Shown here: piece by piece, positions 38,619 to 52,871 of the stretch
Layout: every line of letters begins with the position of its first letter
Numbering within the stretch: the stretch's first letter is position 1
DNA from: Eledone cirrhosa
Lineage: Eukaryota
Direction: 5' to 3'
Assembly (NCBI GenBank): GCA_964016885.1
Contig: OZ024743.1
Location: 347,634,001 to 347,698,000, forward strand
DNA length: 64,000 bases
Made by a program: the position numbers and the translations under genes
The notes under the pieces: model-generated
The model's input: only the letters and a program-made list of their open reading frames with translations
What the model was told of the DNA's origin: nothing
The model's database searches: none

Positions 38619-38953
38619 GGCCAATTCCTTTTGTGTTTTTGTGAGGAGTACTGTTAATTTCAGTATTACTTGGGTTTTTGTATTTTATGGTGCGCTAAAA
38701 TATGGCGTGTTTCGAGGTGTTGGATTTGGTTTTGGTAATTTTGATAATAGTAGTTATAGTGATGGTAGTGTTAATGCAGGGCAGGGCATATGGCAATGGG
38801 GGTGTTAGTTGTGGTGAACGATGTGGTGGAGTTCTGGTAGTAGGGATGATGGGGATGTTGTCAGTGTTGATAATAGTGGAAATGTAATGATATAATTTAA
38901 TACCTGAAGACTGAGCCATATATCATCTATCCATGTCTGTTTCTTACACACTC

Positions 38954-39071
<118 letters not shown>

Positions 39072-40179
39072 CGCATGTATGTATTTAATGTATATGTATG
39101 TGTATGTATGTATCATTTATGGGGTGCTATGTGTTGCATAAGTACGTTCACACAAGATACTGTTGTAGAAATACGGGTAGATACAGCTATAACACGTATA
39201 AGCCTGTATACAAGTTCATGTTTGTCTCAGTCTCTTCCACTCATTCTCTCACTCACTCTCTCTGTATGTGTTTTCGGTGACCCCCACAACCAACTCGAAA
39301 TGAATGCACCGAACGACTGCAGTACCGAGAAGCCTTTGCCAATGTCAAAAACGATGTCAAAATAGATTGAAATCTGTAAGTTATGATTCCATTTTCCGTC
39401 GAAACCATCCTGTTGCTGGGAAATGTATGAGCTATGAATATATTGATTGGATATTAATATTCTCTACTGCTGCTGCTGGTTGTGGTGTTGGGGTTGGTGG
39501 AATGGTATTGAGGTGGTGGTGGAGATACTACTCGTGGTACTAGGGTATGGTATGGGTTACTCACAATTCTTATTTTGTTTTTTTTGGGTTTATTTATTGT
39601 TTGTTTGGTTGAGAACTTAGATTCTTAGGTGGTTGTTGCTCTGGTTTCTGCTGATGCTGTTATTGTAGTTGTTTTTGTATTTAGCTTGGTGCTGGTATTT
39701 AGTTGTGAGGGTGATGGATATGGTTGTGGAGGTTGGTGGGGGTGGTGGAGTTGCCAAGGCTGAGGCTGCTTGGTGCTAGTTACATTCATTTTTTTTTGTT
39801 TTCATATTTATATAGTTTGCACTGATGTTAGAAGTAGAGAGTGGTTATCATTATTATTATCATTATTATTATGGCGTGGTGTTGGTGGTGGTGGTGGTGG
39901 TTTGGCGTTGGTGACGGTGTAGGCGTGTAGATGATAGTGGCTGTTGATGGTGGTGATTAGTGAAGGAGCCGGTGATACAGATGGAGGTGCTAGTGGTAAT
40001 ACGAGTGAAAGTGGCAATGTACCTTGGGTGGGCTGAAGTATTAGCAGCATCACAGTTCATCATCGTCATCATAATTATCGTTATCACCGTTGACATTTAT
40101 AATACCTACCACCACCAGCCCTCGCACCACCACTACTACCACCACACGATCATCATCCTTATCACCATCACTATGATCA

Positions 40180-40462
40180 TGAAATTCATGTTAGCTTTGC
40201 CTTTCATCCCTACGGGGTCGATGAAATAAAGGTACCAGTAACGCACTTGGGTCCATTTAATCGACTTTCCCCTTCCCCAAGATTTGCTGGCCTTGTGCCT
40301 AATTCAGATGCTTTCTAGCATAGAGTTACGTCCCTTTACGGACTGAGTTCAAATCCCTCCAAGATTAACTTTACCTTTCATACTTACGGGGTCGATAAAA
40401 TAAAGTACCAGTAATGTACTGGGTAATTGCTGGCCTTGTGCCAAAAGTAGAAACAATTATTG
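40180..40462 (+). mobile_element. Two tandem SINE copies
   Basis: Core and tail present twice. Confidence 0.8.
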
Positions 40463-40896
40463 AATAATAAACAAATATCACATCAATACATGAAAGATGG
40501 AATAAGAAAAGAACGAAAGAAAGATAAAATATGAAAATCGTTATTATTATATTAGATGTTATTGTTGCTGTTGATTTCATTGCTCATTTTTGTTTGCTGT
40601 TGTTGCTACTACTGCTGCTGATTTTGTTACAGTTGTTGTTGTTATTTTTATCAAGCAGCCGTAAAGATATGAGTACGTAACATCTGACACCATAATTTGG
40701 TTCTCTTTTCCCCACCACTACCATAGGTAAGTTTTTCTCTTCTTTTTAAGTTTCTATTTTCAATATTTTAAAACCTTCCGTTTTTCTTTATTTCATACCT
40801 TATTTTTCTTGTTATTAATGTTATTTTTATTAGTAATTTTACTATTATTTTTATTACTACTGTTGTTGTTGGTTCTGTTATTATTAATATTTTGTT

Positions 40897-42512
40897 GGCT
40901 GTTGAGTGTCTCGAGACGTGTGCACTCATCGCTCCGTAAGTTTGTTGATTTTCCCGTGGTTGCATAAAAGTCATTGTTAAAGTTTTGTTTAAACATATTA
41001 ACAAGGCCCCATGCATTTTCCACAGAAAAGGGAACTCCATAATATTTGGGCTTTTGGCCCAAATATTTGAAATCTATTTTATTGAATTTACTCTAAAAAT
41101 CTATTTAAAAAATAAAAGTGATACGCGCTTACAATTTCAGCAAACCGTCAGTTGACAGCATCTCAGTTTCGAGTCTAAAGGTCGAAAAGGATCTCACCGC
41201 TACCAACGACACCACTATTACCACAACAAATACAGACAAAAATAACCCATATACAGAAAAAAGTAACTCCAGAAAAGTCAAAGGCTCTGCAACTCGGCAT
41301 TTGGAAAGGCAAATCAATGTTGGACGTTGGTGGGACAACAGAAGAAATTGTTTCAGGTATGGTATAGGACTAATTTCCAGGTGGATACAAACTGGGACGA
41401 AGTAACGGAGAAGGTGGCCACTTCCACTAAGAAATGGGCGAGATGAAGCTATCCCAGAAACGTTCGTCAGAGTTGCCAAACGTGTATATCACTCCCGTCA
41501 TCTATGAATACCTGACAACCGTGACTTGCCACCTTTTATGTCTCACATAATTGGAATGCCTGCACTACAAAATCTAGTGAAAGGGAAAGATTCCTCTAGT
41601 GAGGCGGTCCATCTGCTGCCTGTTCCATGTACGCCATGGCCCATGGTGCGCAAACATGTACTGAGGTACGTCATTTCTAGATATCCCTAAACGATCAACA
41701 AGTGTGATCGCTGTTTGTCAGAAAGATCTTTCCACAGCTCGTCTCTTTGTTTGAGTTGTTGTCAGGTGTCAAGCAAAGACCAAGACTGGACAACTCGCAC
41801 GAGGAATGTTGTCAGGTGCTCACAACCATGCGTTCGGAGCAAATTTTACTTTAGTGTTCTATACAGGTCTAGATGTGGGCACATGCAAAATGTAATGCTC
41901 CCTGCAATCGAACTAACCAGTCTGTTCCAGAGAACTTTCGAGCCGGAGACTGTGAAAAGCTTGACGGTGTTACCGGAAGGCATTATTTTTTCGGTACAAT
42001 ATCTCCAGGCATGGAAATGCTGTCAGCCGAACATGTCCGAGATACGCGCAGAGCGATGGAAACTTTCTGCACGAAATCGTCCAGTGTCCCTGCATTACCG
42101 ACTTGTAGAGTTTTGTCGAAAAGCTATTGTAACATGTACGACGGATTGGGCTATCGACCTAGTCTACTTGAGAATGAAAGTGAATGTGGAGAGGAAAGTG
42201 CTGACCCTCCAGTACATTTGTGAAAAGGGGGTGAATGCATCGAGCATTGACCGAGTGAATGCACCTACTCTGACTATATAGCTCTAGGCTGGAGAGTGTA
42301 GAGTGTAGGGGCGTCTTCCTATGGTGCTCTTGATGACTCAGGTAGTTTGGAATTAGTTGGGTTTCTAACGGGACCCCTGGGTGTTAAAAACACCTATTCG
42401 GGATTTTATTGTTATATGTTTTTTTTTTTTTTTTTAATCGATTTATGTCAACCGCCACTGTATCCGCTTTTGTATTGCCATTCATGTGTCGGCCGTTGTG
42501 GCCAATAAAGAA
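40897..42512 (+). mobile_element. Tx1-clade copy 4, old and internally deleted
   Basis: 5'-UTR motifs (40931, 41041-41067), jump near 41271 into RT EKS..LQLG-coding DNA, decayed ORF2 3' half, AATAAA at 42504. Confidence 0.8.
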
Positions 42513-42719
42513 CGTGCTAGTTGGATATTTCTGGCTTTATATTTGTTCTACCGTAAAACTTGCACGTCCTTTATTCGCCACAAGGGCCGACACATGAATG
42601 ATAAGAGCGTGGTCTTCATTTAACACGTATGTACCTCTCTTACTAGGTTCCTGACATTAAGCTCCCTCTTCTCGCTTTCATATTAACCAGTACTGGTTAT
42701 TCTCCCATTCTTGAATACA

Positions 42720-44400
42720 AAACACGAAAGTTACATTTCAAGACGCTGCATTCCAAGACAGATCCACGATTTGGTCTTTGACGGATAGAGACGAACCCAT
42801 GCTGAAAGATTCCAGGCACATTTGTGCGGCCATTCCTCAGTATTGTGCTCGAGTGTTCGGGAGGACAGCGTGGCAGGGACAGGGACGGTGGTATATTTCA
42901 GTTCCTACCTCGTCGGCCTCCTGCGACGTTACCCAGCTGATGCTGGTTGCTGCGAATCGACATATGGTGGAAAAGACGATAACAGTAGGGATAACTGATC
43001 CCGTCTTCAGAGGCTGGAACGCTGCAATACGCATCAGCATCTGCTCGGTGGTGAAATTAATGACCATCTTTCGAAAACGTTTCAGATCTCCTGATCGGCC
43101 GTCAAGAGTGCACTCTCCCCTCCGTTCTGTGCGTATTGACTCTTGAGCTTTTAGTGCGAAAGCTGAGACTGTCGCAAGGCATCACGCTCGAACAGGGACG
43201 TGGAAAGTCTGTGTCAGTATATGCGAACGATACCATTGGGACGGTGTTGGACACCTAGGAAATCAAGGTGGTCGGCGTGGTCGGCACCTATTTGGAGGAA
43301 TATGAAAGTTTGACAGACGCTAACTTAAACTCAGAAACATTGGTGGGCTTGCAGCTCGGCACCTGTAGATGCAAATCCATGCCGCCCAAAAGCATCTTTG
43401 GGTGCTGGAGGGATGGACCTGTAAATTTGCTCTGGATTTGGTTCAGACCAGACCTCCAGGTGGATAAGATTTGGGATGAGATTAGGATCAGGAAAGCCAC
43501 TCTCACCTGAAAGGTAGGGTGTAGGTGGCGATCGCCATCATCAATTACCACCTACACGTTGTGTTGTGCTCCCGTTTACGCCTTGCTGAATTAGAAGAGT
43601 TCATCTTGTAGAGGGGGCAGGTTCCGTTGATGAGGCGGTCTATCTGCTGTCAGTACAGTCTACGTTGAAGACTGAGCATGCTAGTAATAACGATGCGCTA
43701 AAATGCGCTAAGGCTGCGGCATTTCCAGATATTCTGCCTAAAAGGTGAACAGGTTTGATCGCCATTTTTGAGACAAGCCTTTCCGGAACTTCCTGCACGA
43801 GTTCCATAGAGGAATAGGGATGGGCAAGTATGACGACGCACCCGAAGAAACTCTGAGCATCGAGAATGTCGAACTGACCAGTCTGTTCTGGAGGACTTTC
43901 GAGCCGGGGATAATAGATAACTTCCAGAAATACTTCGCTTCGCATTGCTGTTGGGAGGCACTGCGCGTTCGAAATAAACTCTACAGGCATGCACTCAACT
44001 AGTGTCCGTTCATTACTGAGTGTCGGAGTTATGTGGAACAGCTGTTGTCGCGTGTAGAATGTATCCTGCTATCTACCGAGTTCATAGTGAAGATTAACCC
44101 GTCACCCTCTTTTGGTCGGGAAGGGCAGTTAATTTACCTTTGTCTGGTGGTGATAGCGAAAGAGGTGTGTTGGACAAGTTGAAATGACTGAAGACATACA
44201 TTTTTCTTTTCAGCCAATACCTCATCGACTTTTTCAAGTTGCATTTGGAAAGGAAGGTAATGGAAAAGAGAGAAATACCGCTCCCAGTACATTTTCTAAA
44301 ACGTTGGTGAATGTGGCGAGAATGGCCCGTGTGAATGGGTCTACTCTGAGCATGCGCCTATAGTTTGGTTAACTTGAGTGGGATAGCGGATATATTCGAT
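42720..44400 (+). mobile_element. Decayed Tx1 ORF2 fragment
   Basis: PVFRGW, VGLQLGT..SMP..W.DGPV.LL..WF.PDLQ.DK.WDE, FEPG.IDNFQK; colinear with ORF2 up to its stop. Confidence 0.85.
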
Positions 44401-44753
44401 GCCCTGTTATCATTGAGGGATACAGTATACCTATGTGGTATACCTATGAAGCATTGGTACTTTTTATCCTGGCCTATGACTGGGAAGTAATCTGGCTCAT
44501 AGGTTTTGAGTTGCCTCGACACCATGTATGTGCTGAGAGCATATAAAGGGTCGTCGAACCTTCGTGAATTTGGAAAGGGCATAATTACTGGGTCTGTTGG
44601 TTCTGAGAGTATCTACGAGGTTTGGGGTATATTTCAACATAGCAGCACATGCGGTACACCAAGTACAGCATAGCCTAAAGAAAACTTGAACATGAAACGA
44701 CCACATAGACAATGCTATTAATAAGGGTAACGAATATTTCAACAACAACAACC

Positions 44754-44754
<1 letters not shown>

Positions 44755-44826
<72 letters not shown>
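44755..44826. repeat. (TAG)n microsatellite
   Basis: Direct reading. Confidence 0.95.
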
Positions 44827-44827
<1 letters not shown>

Positions 44828-46546
44828 CATTCACTATCCCACCCTACTAATGAAATGATATTTTCCAAACTACAGTATTTCTAATTCTATGTAAGGTTAT
44901 ATTTCAAAATGATAACGAATTCAAAGTTAGCTCTCTCGCGTAAAGAAAATATAAATTGACTTGATGTAATCATCCAAGAATACATAATGTATTTTGTTAC
45001 AAAGAAAATGGAGCAGGGATGTGTTTAATCAGTTGAATAATATTATATTATAAACAAAACTCTACGAAAAGACTGCCCTGTTTTAATCACAATCGTAATT
45101 GCTCGTTTTCTATGGAATTATACTGATAGCATGCAACGGTGTAAGTGGCTTAAATAATCATTGCCCGAACGTATTTTTAGGCACCTAATCGTTTAATTAC
45201 ATAAATGATTATTTTTAAAACCGTAAATATTGAAATGCCTAGAGAAAGCAGCCTCATATGAACATTGAACAAACTAGAAAGATGTGTCTAGCGTTGCTCA
45301 CACTCAACCTATGGACTGTGGTAATTGCGGCTCGATACCATTTCCCCATTCCCACTCAACCATATAATGAGCTTTGCTTTGTATCATTACTTGGCTGATA
45401 AAAAAACAACAACTCATAGTTGACTAATTAATTAAGGTATTCACTGATATTACAAATCATCTTACAACACTGTAATATATATATCGTCTCCCAATATATA
45501 TATTTTTTGTTAGTATCATTTTGAAATATTTAATCCGTTTTAATCCTATTCTCCTAAAAATAACTACAATTTACAGCTCGGCAAGTTGAAAAACCTAGTT
45601 TCTAGCCATCTTTGTAATGACTGCTCTAATAAATTATAAACCCTGCATTTTCTACTACACAGTCCACAATTTATTACACACAAATCATTTGATACTATAC
45701 CACAAACTTCACCGTTTTGAATATATCCACAACACTGCTACACGATATGATGTTTACTGTTTTATACATTGATCGTCGCAAATTATTATATATTTGTACT
45801 AAAATGTGTTAAATTACGGTTCAGTAACATGGCTCTGAGGACTGCGATCTGTGTGACAACCGATTTGATCTAATGGAAATACCAGACTTAAAATCGCAAC
45901 AATACCTATTATAACTTTATCGACAAAGCTTAAAAGCAACTGCATTTCAGGAAAAGAAAAGACAATTCTTACTACACATATTATGGTAAACAACAATAAG
46001 AAAAATGACATCAACAGGAACATCAGCAATTCAACAAAATAAGCAATAACAAAGGAGGCCAGGAATTATTACAGGACTGGTGGGAATCTATCGTTTGGAA
46101 GTTGATTATGATTTTCTCTATCAGATATTTCGACAACGTTTCTATAAGAAATACATTCATATTATTGGATAACCAAAGTTGACTATGATGCCGGTATACC
46201 TTTAAAAGATCACGTCGAATATTGCGTACTAATCAAATGCAATATGACTAAGAATCAGAAGCATGATTAACTGGAGTTTCTGCATTGAAGCTGCAACAAA
46301 TGCACTCTCAGCAATAGCATAGCAACAACACTAGTAGAGCAATAACAGTTTATGAATCTGGGTAAAATAGTTTTACAACCATATTTTTCCGAGCTCGATC
46401 CTAAGGCGCGAGACATTAAGAAATATATTATTTTCACTGTAGATTTAGTTAAACAATATGTTTGAATAGAATTAAGGGGATCTAAGAGCTGTACGGAAAT
46501 ACATCGTGTTTATATATCTATATAAATATAGATGAATATGTTCACG

Positions 46547-46607
<61 letters not shown>

Positions 46608-46799
46608 CGTTTCTGAATTTGTTTAGCAAGATCCTTTATCTGAAATCGTGCGATAAAACCGATATTGTTATACTTTGGGAGGGTCATGTTGCCAATAAGA
46701 AACACACGCACCAGTTGCTTTCACTTCAATTTATTATAATAAATTTATAAATTTCTGGTTGGTTGGTTGGTTCCACAACCAGATAGTTGTTTATATATT

Positions 46800-46842
46800 G
46801 TCATAGTTCTTTCGTCACACACTCTGTGACCTCTTCAGTGAC
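46800..46842 (-). ncRNA. Minimal type I hammerhead ribozyme (left PLE pseudo-LTR)
   Basis: Reverse complement of 50234-50276. Confidence 0.85.
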
Positions 46843-47043
46843 TGGGGATTCCGTTCTTTGTTTCTGTGCCTCTCCTTTGTTCTGTCCTACGTCATTTTGT
46901 TTCTGTGTGTGTGTTGTGTGCTCAGTCTGCGCATGCGCCACATCCAGGTGTCTGTGTGTGTTTATGTTCATTTATTTATTTGTTTATTTACATGTTACTG
47001 GTTGGTTGTTTGTTCTATGTGTGTGTGTGTTTTCATTTTGTCC

Positions 47044-48609
47044 TTAATTGTAAGTTGTGATGTTGCTGTTCCACTCATATTTTCTATTTAATTTTGGTTG
47101 TAATTCTTTTATGTTTATTGCCTCTGTAATTTGTCTAAACATTGCGTCTTTTCTGTGTGTAGATTCTATTTTTATTTCTATGTTCTCTAATTTACCCTTG
47201 TGTTCTATTTTAGCATGTTGGTAGAGTACAGATGATTCTTTACTATCTTGAAGGTCTCGCCAGTGTTCATTTATCCGTTCCCCTACACTACGAGCTGTCT
47301 CACCTATGTACACTATATTTTTGTTTCTACATTGTCCTTCAGTACATCTTATGCTATACACTACATTTCTAGTTTTACAGTTAATATGAGGGCTTATTTT
47401 ACAGGTTATACATTTCTTATCTATACATGAGGGTCTTTGAAAAGGGTATGTCTTGCTAATAAGCGTTTTTACGGACGTACGTGGTCTTTCTACTATCTTA
47501 ATATTGAGTTTATGTTTATTTAGGGCCCTTCTAAATTTGTAAGCTAATTCACCTCTAGGGGTTGTATCGATGAACATTACACTCTGGTATTTATTGCTAT
47601 CATACCATGAGTTTATTCTATTAGCCTTGTTCCTAGTTCTTTCTATTCTATTCCAAAATTTGCTACTATACAAGGGGCAGGTCCCATTTATGTCATTACT
47701 TACCATTTTTTCCCATTTGGTTCTGGCTCCTCTATACACTCTGATTTTATCTCTCTGATTGTAGCCAGAGAACTGCATACGGTGGATGAAGTGTTGTATG
47801 TGTCTCTCTAGTTCTTCGGGGTTGCACATGCGGGACACGTTTCTCATCACCCGTACCAAATCCGCAATCAGTATGTTGATTTTGGTATGGTCCGAAACAG
47901 CCGAGATTCGGTGGATCAGATGTTTGGAAGTCATGGGTTTGGCATAATGGGAATGGAGGATTTGTTTTTTATTATTAATGGTATCTAACCAGAGCTCTGT
48001 GTCTAGTACAGGTAATCGATGGTTGGGGTGCTTACTTGGGTAGTCTATAATAACTCTAATGCTCTGGTGGATGGAGTTAGCTATTTGCTGGATGCTTTCC
48101 ATTGTGTTTTTCTCTAGTTCCTGACTGTTCTCTAGTGGGGTGTCTTAACTACGATGTTTATATCATCAACGTAGCGGGAGTACATTATCAGGGTTAGGGG
48201 GTCTTCTAATTGTTCTTTAAGTTTAAGTTTAAGTCTACTGTCCCACCATACCATGAATAAGTTAGCTATGTCGCCTGCAATGCTAATACCAATGGCTGCT
48301 CCTTCCTCTTGGGCATATGTTTTTCCATTAAATTTGAACATATGTTCCTTAAGGGTTAGTTTTATGCTGGCCCCTACCGCATGTGCAATCATTTTCTTCA
48401 GTTCATCGTGGTTTTCGGGTGTCCGTATGGCTCTGGTCCACCCGTTCAATCTATCTGTGTGAGTTTGCTTGGCCATTGAGGTAATGGTAGGTGGTCTGTC
48501 TCTTGATGGTCTTGTAGGGCACAGGTTGCTAAGGTCATATGTGTCTAGGTAATTATTACTATAGGTAAGTTTAACTAGGAGTCCCAGCTCACTGGTATCA
48601 ATCCCACGG
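47044..48609 (-). pseudogene. PLE RT plus GIY-YIG endonuclease, left arm
   Basis: QEEGAAIG, RYVDD, LPVLD, Cys linker, NVVYSIRC..VYIGET. A 1-nt deletion near 48138 shifts the frame. Confidence 0.9.
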
Positions 48610-50032
48610 AACTCACACAGATAGATGGAACGGGTGGACCAGAGCCATACGGACACCCGAAAACCACGATGAACTGAAGAAAATGATTGCACATGCGGTA
48701 GGCGCCAGCATAAAACTAATCCTTAAGGAACATATGTTCAAATTTAATGGAAAAACATATGCCCAAGAGGAAGGAGCAGCCATAGGTATTAGCATTGCAG
48801 GCGACATAGCTAACTTATTCATGGTATGGTGGGACAGTAGACTTAAACTTAAACTTAAAGAACAATTAGAAGACCCCCTAACCCTGATAATGTACTCCCG
48901 CTACGTTGATGATATAAACATCGTAGTTAAGACACCCCCACTAGAGAACAGTCAGGAACTAGAGAAAAACACAATGGAAAGCATCCAGCAAATAGCAAAC
49001 TCCATCCACCAGAGCATTAGAGTTACTATAGACTACCCAAGTAAACACCCCAACCATCGATTACCTGTACTAGACACAGAGCTCTGGTTAGATACCATTA
49101 ACAACAAAAAACAAATCCTCCATTCCCATTATGCCAAATCCATGACTTCCAAACATCTGATCCACCAAAACTTGGCCGTTTCGGACCATACCAAAATCAA
49201 CATACTGATTGCGGATTTGGTACGGGTGATGAGAAACGTGTCCCGCATGTGCAACCCCGAAGAACTAGAGAGACACATACAACACTTCATCCACCGTATG
49301 CAATTCTCTGGCTACAATCAGAGAGATAAAATGAGAGTGTATAGAGGAGCCAGAACCAAATTGGAAAAAATTGTAAATAATGACATAAATGGGACCTGCC
49401 CCTTGTATAGGAGCAAATTTTGGAATTGAATAGAAAGAACTAGGAACAAGGCTAATAGAATAAACTCATGGTATGATAGCAATAAATACCAGAGTGTAAT
49501 GTTCATCGATACAACCCATAGAGGTGAATTAGCTTACAAATTTAGAAGGGCCCTAAATAAACATAAACTCAATATTAAGATAGTAGAAAGACCACGTACG
49601 TCCGTAAAAACACTTATTAGCAAGACATTCCCTTTTCAAAGACCCTCATGTATAGATAAGAAATGTATAACCTGTAAAATAAGCCCCCATATTAACTGTA
49701 AAACTAGAAATGTAGTGTATAGCATAAGATGTACTGAAGGACAATGTAGAGACAAAAATATAGTGTACATAGGTGAGACAGCTCGTAGTGTAGGGGAACG
49801 GATAAATGAACACTGGCGAGACCTTCAAGATAGTAAAGAATCATCTGTACTCTACCAACATGCTAAAATAGAACACAAGGGTAAATTAGAGAACATAGAA
49901 ATAAAAATAGAATCTACACACAGAAAAGACGCAATGTTTAGACACATTACAGAGGCAATAAACATAAAAGAATTACAACCAAAATTAAATAGAAAATATG
50001 AGTGGAACAGCAACATCACAACTTACAATTAA
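48610..50032 (+). pseudogene. PLE RT plus GIY-YIG endonuclease, right arm
   Basis: Same motifs. In-frame TGA at 49427 where the left arm has AGA. Confidence 0.9.
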
Positions 50033-50233
50033 GGACAAAATGAAAACACACACACACATAGAACAAACAACCAACCAGTAACATGTAAATAAACAAATAA
50101 ATAAATGAACATAAACACACACAGACACCTGGATGTGGCGCATGCGCAGACTGAGCACACAACACACACACAGAAACAAAATGGCGTAGGACAGAACAAA
50201 GGAGAGGCACAGAAACAAAGAAAGGAATCCCCA

Positions 50234-50276
50234 GTCACTGAAGAGGTCACAGAGTGTGTGACGAAAGAACTATGAC
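50234..50276 (+). ncRNA. Minimal type I hammerhead ribozyme (right PLE pseudo-LTR)
   Basis: GTCA-CTGAAGA-G-GTCACA(GAGTG)TGTGAC-GAAA-GAAC-TA-TGAC. Predicted cut after 50272. Confidence 0.85.
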
Positions 50277-50425
50277 AATATATAAACAACTATCTGGTTG
50301 TGGAACCAACCAACCAACCAGGAATTTATAAATTTATAAATTTATTATAAATTTATTATAATAAATTGAAGTGAAAGCAACTGGTGCGTGTGTTTCTTAT
50401 TGGCAACATGACCCTCCCAAAGTAT

Positions 50426-50488
<63 letters not shown>

Positions 50489-50765
50489 GAATAGAATGAA
50501 ACGAAATTTCATTTCTCGCTCTTAGTACGGCACTTACTTAAATGTAAGTATGTATGTATACGTACATACGTATATGTATACAGATGTACAGTAGTATGTA
50601 TATATATACATACATGCACACACATATATATATATGCACGTATCGGTTTCCCGAACATTTATTATATGCTCGGTTTGTTTGTTTGTAAACAAACAAACAG
50701 CCCGGATTACGCCGTACAGTGTTTAGGCAACCACGTGACCTTTTTGTTCAACACTGACACAGGAA

Positions 50766-50806
50766 CGATGTACTAGTTTCAAGCTTATTAGCTATAGTCA
50801 GCATCG
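50766..50806 (-). ncRNA. Hammerhead copy with mutated core (CTGACTA)
   Basis: Same stems as 51740-51780. Confidence 0.7.
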
Positions 50807-51057
50807 TATACCTTCCTGCCAGATGGTTGAACGTCTGAAAGTATATACTTTCCTTATGCATATTTGTCCTTAACAAAAAGGTGACGTGGTTGCCTAAACA
50901 CTGTACGCCGTAATCCGGGCTGTTTGTTTGTTTACAAACGAACAAACCGAGCATTATAATAAATTTTCGGTAAACCGATACGTGCATATATATATGTGTG
51001 CATGTATGTATATATATACATACTACTGTACGTGTGTATACATATATGTATGTACGT

Positions 51058-51111
<54 letters not shown>

Positions 51112-51739
51112 TTATACGTATAATAATACAAGGACGATTTTTTTAAAACCTTCATTACGTATATCAATAAACAAATCGTCCTTGTATTACACTCTGTTAA
51201 ACTGTACACCTCGTCACTGACATGAACCTATATATCAAGTAGTCACCTAGGTGAACCTACTGTAACTCAGGTTACACTCACTGGATATATATATATATAT
51301 ATATATATGGAATAGAATGAAACGAACTTTCATTTCTCACTTTTAGTACGGTACTTACTTAAATGTGACGTGGTTGCCTAAACACTGTACGGCGTAATTC
51401 GGGATGTTTCTTTGTTTACAAATAAACAAACCGAACATTATAATAAATGTTCGGTAAACCGATACGTGCATATATATATGTGTGCATATATGTATATATA
51501 TACATACTACTGTATGTCTGTATACATATATGTATGTACGTATACATACATACTTACATTTAAGTAAGTGCCGTACTAAGAGTGAGAAATGAAATTTCGT
51601 TTCATTCTATTCCCTTTATCGATTTCGGTGTACCCGGCCGACTGAACTCACTCGAAATGCAAATGTGGCTGCTCAGCCGTTAATATGCATAAGGGAAGTA
51701 TATACTTTCAGACGTTCAACCATCTGGTAGGAAGGTATA

Positions 51740-51780
51740 CGATGCTGATGATAGCTAATAAGCTTGAAACTAGTACATCG
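51740..51780 (+). ncRNA. Minimal type I hammerhead ribozyme
   Basis: CGATG-CTGATGA-T-AGCT(AATA)AGCT-T-GAAA-CTAG-TA-CATCG, with palindromic stem III ACTAGT. Confidence 0.85.
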
Positions 51781-52002
51781 TTCCAGTGTCAGTGTTGAAC
51801 AAAAAGGTGACGTGGTTGCCTAAACACCGTACGGCGTAATTCGGGCTGTTTGTTTACAAACAAACAAACCGAGCATTATAATAAATGTTCGGTAAACCGA
51901 TACGTGCATATATATATGTGTGCATATATGTATATATATACATACTACTGTATGTCTGTATACATATATGTATGTACGTATACATACATACATAATTACA
52001 TT

Positions 52003-52034
<32 letters not shown>

Positions 52035-52404
52035 CGCGCGCGCCTGCGTGTGTATGTGGGGGTGTGGGCGTGTGTGTGTGTGCGTGTGTGTGTGTGTGTG
52101 TGTGTATGTGTCTGTGTGTGTGTGTGTCAGTTTTTATGTTAACACCAGTAGACGAACCGGTGGTTTTCATGTTACAGCGCGTTGTGTCCCTCATCCTCTC
52201 TTTTTACAAAGAAATCTCGATAATTCCTGGTGTTGCTATCACCATTTGAAATGTTGGAGGGTGTGCACAAGCATGGCCGCAGTCTATTGAGTGAGAGCAG
52301 TAAAAGAATGAAATGAAAAGATATATATAAGCCTATATACGCACACAAAGACACACGGACACACACACACACACATACACATTCACATACACACAATCAC
52401 ACAC

Positions 52405-52469
<65 letters not shown>

Positions 52470-52471
<2 letters not shown>

Positions 52472-52546
52472 AGTCTCCCAAAAAATGTATACACACTTCA
52501 ACAACATTCTGATCAAAGTGTGTATATATTTCGTGGTGACACCTTG
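52470..52546. mobile_element. Tc1/mariner-type MITE, second copy
   Basis: TA-CAAG...CTTG-TA, homologous to 27792-27869. Confidence 0.65.

Positions 52547-52871
<325 letters not shown>

Larger units (their letters stand above)
46606..50434. mobile_element. Penelope-like element (C-terminal GIY-YIG, Neptune/Nematis-like) as two inverted 5'-truncated copies
   Basis: Arms 46661-48465 and 48610-50434 are near-identical reverse complements with a 144-bp spacer. (TA)n on both flanks. Confidence 0.95.
50488..52000. mobile_element. Non-coding 442-bp hammerhead-containing unit in partial tandem and inverted copies (retrozyme-like)
   Basis: Direct period 51367 to 51809. Minus copy 50488-50863 with inverted partner 50871-51068. 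Inverted stub 51309-51366. Confidence 0.8.

Noticed and set aside
49427-49429. In-frame TGA as selenocysteine (as in some Naiad PLEs)
   Set aside because: The left arm has AGA (Arg) at this site and the endonuclease is C-terminal. It is an ordinary nonsense mutation.
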